Shown here: in pieces, positions 25,781 to 37,299 of the stretch | Layout of the letters: the number at the start of each line of letters is the position of its first letter | How positions within the stretch are numbered: position 1 is the stretch's first letter | Origin: Mobula hypostoma | Taxonomy: Eukaryota | Assembly: GCF_963921235.1 (NCBI RefSeq) | Contig: NC_086097.1 | Coordinates: forward strand, 79,982,001-80,046,000 | Reading direction: 5' to 3' | DNA: 64,000 nt | Program-made: the position numbers and the translations under genes | Notes under the pieces: generated by a model | What the model saw: only the letters and a program-made list of their open reading frames with translations | The model's database searches: none | Told to the model about the DNA's origin: nothing

Positions 25781-28700
25781 AACAAGTTTATGGACAGACG
25801 TTACCCAGAGGGACAGAGAAGACCTCCTCCAGAGACTTGAGTTATAATTATTATAATAATTATTATTATGTTACCTTATTATAATTTGATATTATTAAGT
25901 TACTAAGTAAATAATTGGTAAGCGTTTGTATGTTAAGGGTACACGTATTTGTTTAGCCTAGTGCCCCAGAAAAAAAAGTTGATACACTATTAAAATAAAA
26001 GGGGAGGAGTGTACCACATAACCTACTGTGTAATATAGGATTGCTTAATGTTGTACTAATACATCGTATTGAGCATGCGCTATTAGGCGCATATTGATGT
26101 GTTCAGTTCGGGTTCTGTAAGTAAAAGCCCTTGTTAACTTAGCTCCAGTCTCTAGCGTTTTTATTAATGATATTGTTGTGTAAATGGCCACATACACAAC
26201 ATTCTGTATCTTAAGGCATTTAGGAACAATTGAACAATTGATGTTGATTTCGGATGCTGTCTGCAGAGTTTGCATGTTCCCCATGTGACCATGAGGAGTT
26301 TCTACTGGGTGCTTCTTTCCTCCTACATCACAAATAGGTACAGGTAAAGTAATTGGCTATCGTAAATTACTCCTTAGTATAGGTTAATGACAATTAAAAT
26401 CAAAGTGGATGTATGAGAGAATGGACTGCAGAAATACAAGGAAATAAGGAGAGGAACAAAAAAAAAACAAAGTGCTTTAGGAATTCAACAGTAGTGGATG
26501 CAGAGGGATGTTCAATATTTTGGATTGAGACAAGGTTAGTAGGAAGAGTCTCCTGGTACTAACATACAACTGATTGGCTGAATGATGTCCTTCAGCAGTG
26601 CATCAATAAGCCAACTCAATTCTAAATTCAGCTGTCTACCTGCAAAACTAGACTCATACTGGTCCAGAAACACTTTTGTTTTTAAGGCAAAAATCATCAT
26701 CCTCTTTCTTGTTCTGTATTATATCATAATCCACAGATTTCTTTATCCAGATGATTATTATCTGGCACTTCAAAGCGATGGAAAAATACTACTAATGCTA
26801 TCTCCACAAAATCCACCATATTCACTGGGAAGGCAACCAAACCGACAACAGTGTCCTCTAACAGATGAATATCCCCAGCCTTGAAGTTTCAAGGATATGC
26901 TCAAAGCCTCCATGAATATCCTCACTGACTTGTGGGAATTTCTGTCCCATCGAACATGCAGCATGTTCGACCCATGACATCTTGTGCTGACCATGATGGC
27001 ATAAACTAATCCCGTTGCCTATAGATGGATTATGTTCCTTCATCCTCTGCCAATTCATGTGCCCATTTAAATTGCCTCTTTAAATGTTACTATCTCATCT
27101 GCTTCCACCATTTCTCCTGGCACTCCAGGCACCTACCGCTTCTATGTAGAAAATTTGCCTTGTAAATCGCCTTTAAACAACCGTCCCACCCTTAATCTAT
27201 ACCCTCTTACACTGAACGTGTCTATCCTGGCTGAAAGAGTTACAGCTGAAGAGGGAGTATTTGGGATGTGACTGAGAACCCCAAGTTCATGCATCAGGAA
27301 CACACAGGCTCTCCACAACTGATACCCACCAGCAGCTCTATCAGCTATCACATCCTATGTATTATTCCCAGATTGACTTCACTATCCACTTCTGAACCCA
27401 CAAACTTGAAGTGAAAGGAATACCTAATTAGAAGAAATTCAGAACACCTAACTCAACTTGTCAATGATTCAACTGAATTATCTGTGACACAGATCTAGTT
27501 TAAAATGAAACATGAACTGATAACAGCAAACAAAAGGAGAAAAATATGAAAGTACAAACATTTGTAAAAGAACACAAAGTAATGTATAATCTAGCATGGC
27601 GTCTCTTGATGCTGTAAATAACAAAACACACTGAGCTATAAAAATACACATGCATAAGGATACCAAAATCAATATTTACTTTACATTTACATCAGAATAA
27701 AAGAGTAGTCAGCAGCAATATGAGCCTATTGTTAATAGTGATATGATAACTGAAAATAAGGAAGTGACAGCTATATTGAAGAATTTCTTATATCAGAGAG
27801 GAAAATGAGAGCATACTGAATATCTCATGAACACTGAATTTAATAGCAATTAGCAAAAGAACAGAAATTAAGATAGTAGCACTAATGATGACAAATCACT
27901 GCGACCAAAGCATTTCCATCCTTCATTTTGAAAAGAACTGCCCATGTCCAAATTACAATCATCCAATGTCTTTTTTAATCTGCAAGCCATTCACTTTTGT
28001 AGAAAAACTCTACATGTCAGTTCACTATTTCAGAATAATCAACGGGAAATTTGAAGTTATACTATATATCACTTAGCCTAAAATCTTTTGTCAAGGAATT
28101 TTTGGAGTAGTGTTTCTATATAAGAATATTGTGCCTGAATGTTAAATTTACTGAAGTTGACTGACCCAAGGAATTGTATTTTATTTGATTTTGGTCTTTA
28201 CATGAGCATTTGAACTTAGTCACAGGTTTGTCACTTTTTCATAGAATGGTGGAACAGGCACAAGAAATCTATTGGTCTAAACCAAATTTGGTCCTCTTTT
28301 GAAGAATCGCCCCACAGGAGCTCAATTAAATTTTAAAGTCTCATTTCCTATTCTGATAATGCTGTAAGTTTTGTAAACATGTTGAATATATTTCGAGGTT
28401 ATGTTAATGGGGTCACAAGAATGTTCAATCTAATTTCCTTTTCACCACATGCAGCATGATGAATATACGTAGAAGTATTTAAATTGCTTTTCTTACTTTG
28501 GGTGAATATTAGAAACAGGAATTACACAATATTAGTGTTAACAGACCTCATTTTCTGACATTACAAATTGGAATCATTCCAAGCTACCTGAAGCTTTGCA
28601 GCTTCTTTTGAATTTCAATTTAAAACACAATTTTAAGTGCAATATACAAGAGACTAACCCATGACAAGTTATCTGTTTTTATTAAAGCAAATTTAATTTT

Positions 28701-30024
28701 AACCTTGCTTATAGATTAATTTTGGTAACTTAGGATTGATGCCTTATTTCTATGAGGTGGCAAAAGCTGTGTCCCATTGCAGTCTTTTTGAAGATAATCT
28801 TACTGCTCCTATTCAAATGCCATGTCACTTTTTCCAGGGATAACCCCTCAACAAAGTATTGGACCTACTGGCAAACAATAGCCCCATAAGAGTCCAAAGC
28901 AGTTGATTGTCAAGTCACAGTCACATAGAGAGATTATTTCGGTGAAGACAATGTTTCATCCAACTCTCCACCAGAGCTGCACACCAAACAGCTTCTGGTA
29001 ACCAGGCAATTAGAACAGGCAAACAGCAAATGTGAGAGAAAAAAGGGGATTGAAGGCCAAAGAGATTGAAGGACACTTTGTTGGGGAAGGATTGTGTACT
29101 ATAGGATTAAGGGAGAATGAAAGGAGGGAGCTGCCAATGGGATGAAAGGAACAAGCAAAAACATGAAGAAATGAGTCAAGGAAAGAACAAGCAGTACAGA
29201 AAGGAATGAGCACCGGGAATAGTGAATGAACAAGGGGGAGACACATGAGGGAAGAGGGAACAGATGAGAAAAGCAAGGGGGGAGTAAGTGGGAGCATAAA
29301 AAACAGGGGAAAGAGAGTGACTGATGGTGAAAAAGCAAAGACGAAAGAAGATTTGGTAATGAGCAGAGAGTAGTGGAAGCTTGTGGAATCTAGCACACCA
29401 CTGATCCCACACTAGCAGATGAATGCACTTGACTGTATTTTGAAGGAAGAAAAGGATCAGACTTATGAGGCATATTCAGAACTTTGACAAAAATTTATAG
29501 AAACAATTCAACAAAAGTACAGTCACATGTATGAATATAAAACTTGCTGGTGCTGTATTAGTTTTTAAATTGTTCGATACTGCATGTCTAGACATAAGGG
29601 GTAAGTAGCTAGTATTAACTGCATGCACAGCACTTACATTTGCATCTATGAAATCAGTACAGAAGAGGATTTTTGGAGAAAAGGTCACTAAGTCAACAGT
29701 CAGAATTAGTTTCAGCCAGGAAACTGCATACTTCACTGAGCAGAAACAAGCAAATAGTAAGCGTAGGTCCCAGAAGGACCGGACAAGGGTACCATTATCT
29801 GGCACAAATCCAATAAACACGTACAGTAGGAGATTGAAATGTGCGGTATCTCAAAGTACTTATCACCGGGCAAGAAACTGTTGACACAGAACCAAACAAG
29901 TTAGGCTAACTGAAGAAAATAACAAATCTGAAGATGTAGAAGAGTGCCATATCACATTGTTTGTGAAGTAATCACTAATGCAGAGACTTCTGAGGCAGAG
30001 ATTTTGATGATCGAATCTCTAGGA

Positions 30025-31985
30025 CAGTGGTCCCCAACCACCGGGCCGCAAAGCATGTGCTACCAGGCTGCGAGGAAACGATATGAGTCAACTGCACCCT
30101 TCCTCATTCCCTGTCACGCACTGTTGAATTTGAACGCACGCGAGGTCATTACCCACGCGAGGACATCAGTCGGTCATTAACCTACAACTAATCGATGAGT
30201 AAAAAACAAATGTCGCTTGAGAGTTTCTTTGGAAGAGATGGTAGGGGACATAAAAGGCTGAACAATGATGATAACGCAGAGACAGCTGAGGCCGAGACTG
30301 CAAAAAAAAGAAAGCTCCCCTTCAACAGAAAATACGACAAGTCGTACATAAAATATGGCTTTATTGCGACTGGTGACTCGCATGCTCCAACTCTCCTGTA
30401 TGTGATATGTGGAGACAAGCTGTCTAATGAGGCAATGAAGCCCTCAAAACTGCTTCGGCACCTTGAGTCCAAGCGCCCTGCACTTAAAGACAAACCAGTT
30501 GAGTTTTTTGAGCGGAAAAAACGTGAGCAAGTGGGACAGAAGCAAGTGCTGACAGCCACCACCTCCACAACTGCTGCTGCTCTGAGAGCGGTGTACTTAG
30601 TGGCTAGCCATATTGCTAAGGCTAAGAAGCCTTTCACTGTTGATGAAGAACTGATTCTGCCTGCTGCCAAGGACATGTGCCGTGAACTGTTGGGAGAAGC
30701 TGCAGCTAACAAGATGGCACAGGTTTCTCTTTCAGCTACCACAGTTTCAAGGAAAATTGATGACATAGCGGGGGACATCGAAGCACAGCTGTTGGAATGG
30801 CTTAACGAGTCTGGTTTCACTACCCGAGTCAAAGAGGTTGCTCCTGAATGCCAGTCTACACACTGTGTCACACACTGGGAAATGCTGGCTAGCCGAAAAA
30901 TGTCACCTGATCTTAAGTATTGAGTGACATTATTGAAGTTATCAATCACATTAAAGCAAAAGCCCTTAACTCACATCTGTTTGAACAGCTTTGCGAGGAA
31001 ATGGATGCAGAGCACAAATGTCTTCTTTTACACACTGAAGTCAGGTGGCGATCAAGGGGGAGAGCCCTGGCCAAGGTTTTTGAGTTAAGAGAGAAGCTAC
31101 AGAGATTTCTTTCAGGAAAAAAGTCACCACTGGCAGCACACTTCAGTGATGAGGACTGCATAGCAAAACTCGCTTATCTGTGTGACATCTTCAACCTGCT
31201 CAATGAACTCAATTTGTCACTTCAAGGGAGAATGACTATCTGCCAACTTGAAGACAGTTAAGTGTCTGCTTTCACAGCCAAACTGGAACTGTGGGGATGG
31301 CGAGTGGACAGGGGCATAGTTGACATGTTCCCAACATTAGCTGCGAATTAGGGAGAGACTGAGGCTCACAGATGGTGCACGAACACCTATCTTCGCTGTC
31401 GACAGAATTCGAGCGTTACTTCACACCACATATGACCCAAGACGTGCAAAGGAATGGGTCCGTGACCAATTTGTGAATGTCCCCAGTGAATCATCCATGT
31501 CAGTGTGGGAAGAAGATCAACTCCTCGAGCTTGCAAATGACGGTGGGCTGAAAAGTATGTTTGACATAACATTTCTGCCGGCATTCAGGATCAAAGTCAA
31601 GGCTGAATATCCTGAGATAGCCACGAAATCACTGAAAACATTGCTTCCATTTCCAACATCATATCTCTGCAAAGCAGAGTTTTCTGCAATGAATGGAACG
31701 AAAACTAAATTACAGAATAGACTGGACATAAGGAACCCCCTTATGACTTATAATTGACTTATCACTATATTCACGCAAGGAAAATACGCGTTGTGTGTTT
31801 AATATTAAATTTGTTAGATAAACCCTTTTAGAAACAAAACTGAGTGTATTAGCAACTGATAAGTGACTTATAGTTGACTTATCACCTATATTCCAGTCGT
31901 GATTAACACCACCACCACCCCCCGCCCCCAAGAATATCATCAATATTAAACCGGTCCGCGGTGCAAAAAAGGTTGGGGACCCCTG
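30025..31985 (+). mobile_element. hAT-Charlie/Buster-type DNA transposon with disrupted transposase (30195-31757)
   Basis: TIR cagtggtccccaacc / ggttggggacccctg; 8-bp TSD ctctagga / ctctaaga; motifs MKPSKLLRHL, LLLHTEVRW, LLPFPTSYLC. Confidence 0.95.
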
Positions 31986-31998
31986 CTCTAAGATACAG

Positions 31999-32013
31999 TA
32001 TATATATATATAT

Positions 32014-32056
<43 letters not shown>
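31999..32056. repeat. (TA)n(CA)n microsatellite
   Basis: Directly visible. Confidence 0.95.
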
Positions 32057-32057
<1 letters not shown>

Positions 32058-34009
32058 TATGGAGAAAAATGGCTTGAAAGCTGTGTGAGTAAACTAAGCC
32101 AAAATGAAGTGCAGAAACTGGTGAACAGAGATACATATAAAGCATTCAAATTTGGAGATGGAAAGATTGTACATTCCACCAAGAGTGAAAATACCCAAAA
32201 ACATAGGGCAGACGAATTGTTACATTGAAACAGAGGTGGTACCAGTGAACTTTCCATTACTCTTGAGTAAATCTTCCCTAAAGAAAGAAGCAGTACTGGA
32301 TATGGAGAATGATCAACCCACAATATTTCAACAGCCACTGTCTCTTGAAATCACCAGCTCTGGACATCACAGTGCGAACGTTCCAGATGAAGGTATTACG
32401 GAGAACCAATGTGAGAATGAAGTACTAACTGTCACACAAAACACGACCAGAGATGAGAAATGCTAAGTGTTGTTCAAACTTTACAAGAAGTTTCAATTGA
32501 TAGACTTCAGAAACTGCTCAAGAGTTCAGGAAACAAAGATACAGATTACTTTTCAATTCTAAAATTGACAGCTGTGAGACATGCCAAAACCCAAACCCAA
32601 TCCTGCAGTTGGTCTGCCACCACATCTGAATACAAAAAACAGTAGCCATAGAGCTATATGAACTGCAGCAAGGAGTATGGTACCTCCACATCATTGATAG
32701 TTCACACCTTTCAGTGCTGGTAGCATTGTAAATACAAAGAGACCCTCAGAGATACGGCAGAGAACTTTAACACTGAAACAAAGACAACAGTGTCATATAG
32801 TACTTGGAGTAACTGACTTGTGGAGTGACATAATCAAACGCTTACAGAAACAATGCTGAAGGTAAAGAAAAGCAAGGGCTATGATTGGAATACAGCCCTG
32901 GACTGGGCCCTTATGGTGAAGAACACCTTGTACAATGTATATGGCTATAGAGCATATCGATTGGTGTTCGGTCAGAATCCAAACCTTCCCTCTATACTGG
33001 TTGACAGACCACCTGCTCTAGGTGGCCCTACAAGGAGTGAATGGGTTAGGAAACATATTTCAAAACTGCATGCATCAAGGAAAACTTTCACTGAAGCAGA
33101 GTGTTCAGAGAGAATTCAAAGAGCACTGAGGGCACAGGTCCGTCCTACAAATGACAAATATGACACAGGGGACAAAGTGTATTACAAAACAGCATACCGT
33201 ACAGAATGGAAAAGTCCAGGAGTTGTCATTGGTCGGGTTGAGTTGTGGAGAGTGCAGATGGGAACTTAACAGACTTGCCTGAACAGAAATTATCACAAGT
33301 GCGAAGACAACATGGAAGTTTCAGTCTTAAAACAGGACAAACTGTTAGATTTGTAGACCAAGACACTGGTATCTCATACAAAGCTGAAGTCTTGGGATGA
33401 GCAGGCAAAGCCACTGGGAGAAACAAAAGTTGGTAGAACTTGAATTCCCTAGAACCAGTCATGGTTACTGGCACTGCAGGGTCAGTCAACATGTCATGTG
33501 TTGACAGACTTCATATTGAATCAAGTATAGATCAGGCTGGACCATCCATAGAGGGAAGAAATATCAAGAAGATGTTCCAGTAACTAAAGAGGTGCATTTG
33601 AATTTGCAATACAGAATGAAATCAGAAGTTGGAGAAATAATGGAGTATTTGAGGAAGCTAGAGACATTGGCCAAAAGACAGTGTCTACAAGAAATCATGT
33701 GCCACACAATGGATGCACCCTTCAGTGAAGCTGAAGCTGAGCAACTTAGGTCAAAGATAGGTCAGATTCTATGGGTGGCAAGGCAGGGCAGACCTAACAT
33801 CATGTTTGATGCCACAGTACAAACGTCACATGAGGCAAACAAGATATTGTGCAGAATTCAATTCAAAAAAGCAGTCTTTAAGTTTCAACAGCTTGGAAAA
33901 GATAGCTCACTAAGACTCATTGTCTTCAGTGATGCCTCACTTTGAAAACTTTCTGATGGAAGTACTGAAGGGGGACATTTCATTGTACTGATGGGGGAAA
34001 TGGGAAGAC

Positions 34010-34630
34010 TTATCGGCGAGACTCGATGTAGATTGGGAGACCACTTCGCTGAGCACCTATGCTCCGTCCACTAGAAAAAACAGGATCTCCCAGTGACCGC
34101 CCATTTTAATTTCACAAACCATTCCCATTCCGACATCAGTCCATGGCTTCTTCTACTGTCGCAATGAGGCCACACAGGCTGGAGGAGCAACACCTTATAT
34201 TCCGTCTGGGTAGCCTCCAACCTGATGGGATGAACACCGATTTCTCAAACTTCAGGTAATACCCCCCACATCACCATCCCCTTCTCTCACCTTATCTCCT
34301 TACCTGACCATCACCTCCCTCTAGTTCTCCTCCTCCTTTTCTTCCTTCCATGGCATTCGGTCCTCTCCTATCAGCCTTGATATCCCCCCTTCTCCAACCT
34401 TGTATCTCTTTCACCAATCAATTTCCCAGCTCTTTACTTTACCCCTCCCCCACCCAATTTCACCTATCACCTTGTGTTTCTTCCTCCCCTTCCCCTACCT
34501 TCTTACTTTGACTCCTCATATTTTTTCTCCAGTCCAGATGAAGGATCTCAGCCCAAAATGTCATCTGCACTCTTTTCCATAGATGCTGTCAGGCCTGCTG
34601 AGTTCTTCCAGCATCTTGTGTATGTTGCTA
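34010..34630 (+). mobile_element. Penelope-like element 3' fragment nested in the Copia RNaseH
   Basis: IGETRCRLGDHFAEHL...RLGSLQPDGMN; homologous to 22380-22998. Confidence 0.85.
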
Positions 34631-35273
34631 AGATTTTCTCCTCTCTATTGGCAATCAAAAAGGATATGAAGAGTTTTATGGAGTACACTGGCAGGAGAAA
34701 CCCTTGCAATGTCTGAAGGTATGGACAATGTTGTTTTTCTGGCCACACTCTATTCTGAGGTTTACCACGGTGACCCAAAGAAGAACAGTCTACAAATAAC
34801 TTGTGTCACAGACAAGACTACTCTTTGGTTAATGCCATCAAATCCACCAAGTTAGTTATCAAGAAAAGGCTTCATCTAGAGATAAGCAGCATCAAAGAAC
34901 TTGTCTGAGCACTGAAAATTCATCATGTGCTATGGTCAATCACAAAGAAACAACTAGCTGACTGTCTCACAAAGAAGGGAGTTCCAGCTCTTGTGCTGTT
35001 AAAGGCACTTGGTACCTTAAGAATTGTATTAACATCAAGGGTTAGAACTAATTCTTATATCCTAATGGACATTTGAATTGTCTTTAAATTTTTTTCAAAT
35101 TTAATTTTAATATATACATAAAAATATGGGAAATTGTTGAGTTCTGTTTATTTGGACTATGTAAGTATTCGCACACACACTCTCCCTGGTATGCGCGTGC
35201 ACTAAAAAGAAGAGAGGGAAATTGTGGGATGTAAAGATGGCGGCCCTCAGGTATTGAATGGAAATGTTGAAAG

Positions 35274-35345
35274 TACAGTTGTTTAAACAAAAACCATTGA
35301 ATTTTTTCTATTTCTGCATAAATATGACCCAAAATGTGATCAGAT
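35274..35345. mobile_element. Tc1-like terminal fragment
   Basis: Shares ttttctatttctgcataaatatgacc...gtgatcagat with ~36790-36833. Confidence 0.45.
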
Positions 35346-36180
35346 GCAATTTAATGTGGATAAATGTGAGGTTATCCACTTTGGTGGCAAGAACAGGAAA
35401 ACAGATTATTATTGAATGGAGGCTGATTAGGAAAAGGGGAGGTGCAATGAGATCTGGGTGTCATTATACACCAGTCATTGAAAGTGGGCATGCAGGTACA
35501 GCAGGCGGTGAAAAAGGCAAATGGTATGCTAGCATTCATAGCAAGAGGATTCGAGTACAGGAGCAGGGAGGTACTACTGAAGTTATACAAGGCCTTGGTG
35601 AGACCACACCTGGAGTAGCGTGTGCAGTTTTGGTCCCCTAATCTGAGGAAAGACATTCTTGCCATAGAGGGAGGACAAAGAAGGTTCACCAGATTGATTC
35701 CTGGGATGGCAGGACTTTCATGTGATGAAAGACTGGATCAACTAGGCTTATACTCGTTGGAATTTAGAAGATTGAGGGGGGATCTTATTGAAACGTATAA
35801 AATTCTAAAGGGATTGGACAGGCTAGATGCAGGAAGATTGTTCCCGATGTTGGGGAAGTCCAGAACGAGGGGTCACAGTTTGAGGATAAAGGGGAAGCCT
35901 TTTAGGACCGAGATGAGGAAAAACTTCTTCACACAGAGAGTGGTGAATCTGTGGAATTCTCTGCCACAGGAAACAGTGAGGCCAGTTCATTGGCTATATT
36001 TAAGAGGGAATTAGATATGGCCCTTGTGGCTAAAGGGATCGGGGGTGGGGGGGTATGGAGAGAAGGCTGGTACAGGGTTCTGAGTTGGATGATCAGCCAT
36101 GATCATACTGAATGGCGGTGCAGGATCGAAGGGCCGAATAGCCTACTCCTGCACCTATTTTCTATGTTTCAATGTTTCTG
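35345..36180 (+). mobile_element. CR1 LINE 3' fragment, same young subfamily as 15362-16921
   Basis: Translations are nearly identical (LKGLDRLDAGRLFPMLGKSRTRGHSLRIKGKPF). Confidence 0.93.
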
Positions 36181-36755
36181 AAATGTGTCCTTATTGTTTG
36201 AGCATTAACAGTGTCTGATATAATGTATTCAGGGAACACCAACTAGAGAAGAAAATGCATATTACACAATATTGTGAAGGAAACATGAGATCTTTAGAGA
36301 ATTAACAAGCAAGAAAGTGTGAGTTGTGTCTCACAAACAGTTATATGTTCAGGTCTAAATTCCAATGTACTATCTAGACCAGTAATGTCAACCACCCATC
36401 TGCCACCACAGATACCTCTGGACGCACTAAGTTCCAGATTACAGCATTTACAGCCTCTTGCAAAAAATACTAATCAGGAAAACTGAATTATTATGTGCAG
36501 TGTTGATCACCAATGTAAGAAGGATGCAATAACATGACAGAGAGTTATTTATGTATTTTATTTATTTATTGACATCAGAATGTTTTCAGGACAGCAAAAA
36601 TCCTACCTATGAAGAATTAATAGTTTATATGGATTTTATTTCCTTTTGGAACAGAGTGAGTTGAGAGCAGAATTAATTGAAAAGTATTAAATTATACTGG
36701 TCAAGATACAGTAGATAATATGAATTATTATTCACACTGAGATAAATAGAATCTA

Positions 36756-36925
36756 CAGTGGTGTTAGAAAGTTTGTGAACACTATTGAACTTTTTCTATT
36801 TCTGCATAAATATGACCTAAAGTGTGATCAGATCTTCACCTGTCCTAAAACTAGATGAAGAGAACCCAATTAAATAAATAACACAAAAACATTATACTTG
36901 TTCATTTATTTATTGAGAAAAAAAT
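36756..36925. mobile_element. Tc1-like transposon terminal inverted repeat fragment
   Basis: Begins ta|cagtggtgttagaaagtttgtgaac, a typical Tc1 terminus. Confidence 0.55.
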
Positions 36926-37299
36926 TTCTCTGTGTAGCTTTTGATAACAATGACATAATTGGGCTGCTTGGCCTCTTGCACTGTAAATTTTCTTAATGCT
37001 TTGGAAGGCAAAAAAGGTCTGGAAAAATGAGGGGCAAAGAAAAGAAGACAAGAAGGCAAAGATATAAAGTATAGAAAAATGGAGAAAGAGAGTTGGTTTG
37101 CTCAATTCACCAAAAGAGATTTTGGAAGTGGAAGTTCAATAGGCTAGAAATGTTGCTTCTTACTTTCACAATGGAGTATTAACGGTGTAGGCCTAAATGC
37201 ATTATTAAAGAATTAGCACACTTCTGCAAAATTAAGACTTCCAAAGTCAAAAATTTTAACCATAAAAAGCAAACAACTGCAATTTTGGTATCATGGAAA

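Larger units (their letters stand above)
23030..26201 (+). mobile_element. Non-autonomous Gypsy LTR retrotransposon carrying captured host cDNAs
   Basis: LTRs 23030-23231 and 26010-26201 (TG...CA); 5-bp TSD ttctg (23025-23029, 26202-26206); PBS tggcaacgagg (23234-23244, tRNA-Ser-like); PPT aaaaggggaggag before 26010. Confidence 0.95.
29420..35250 (+). mobile_element. Degraded Ty1/Copia-order LTR retrotransposon, interrupted by hAT and Penelope insertions
   Basis: gag (FKLFDTA...MKSVQKRIFG, degenerate knuckle ~29840-29880), protease (~30000/32060), integrase (WYLHIID ~32680; YRLVFGQNP), then RT C-terminus (LRSKIGQILWVARQGRP) and RNaseH (FSDAS; QLADCLTKKG ~34950); PPT-like tract 35205-35221. 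Order is INT before RT. Confidence 0.75.

Noticed and set aside
25130..25840. Functional host YBX1 gene
   Set aside because: Intronless, truncated, contains a stop, and lies inside an LTR element.
29010..29412. Hydrophobic membrane-protein ORFs on the minus strand
   Set aside because: Artefact of a purine-rich low-complexity tract lacking stop codons in several frames.
30195..31757. Domesticated ZBED5/SCAND3-like gene
   Set aside because: TIRs and TSD are present, and the ORF is fragmented and deleted.
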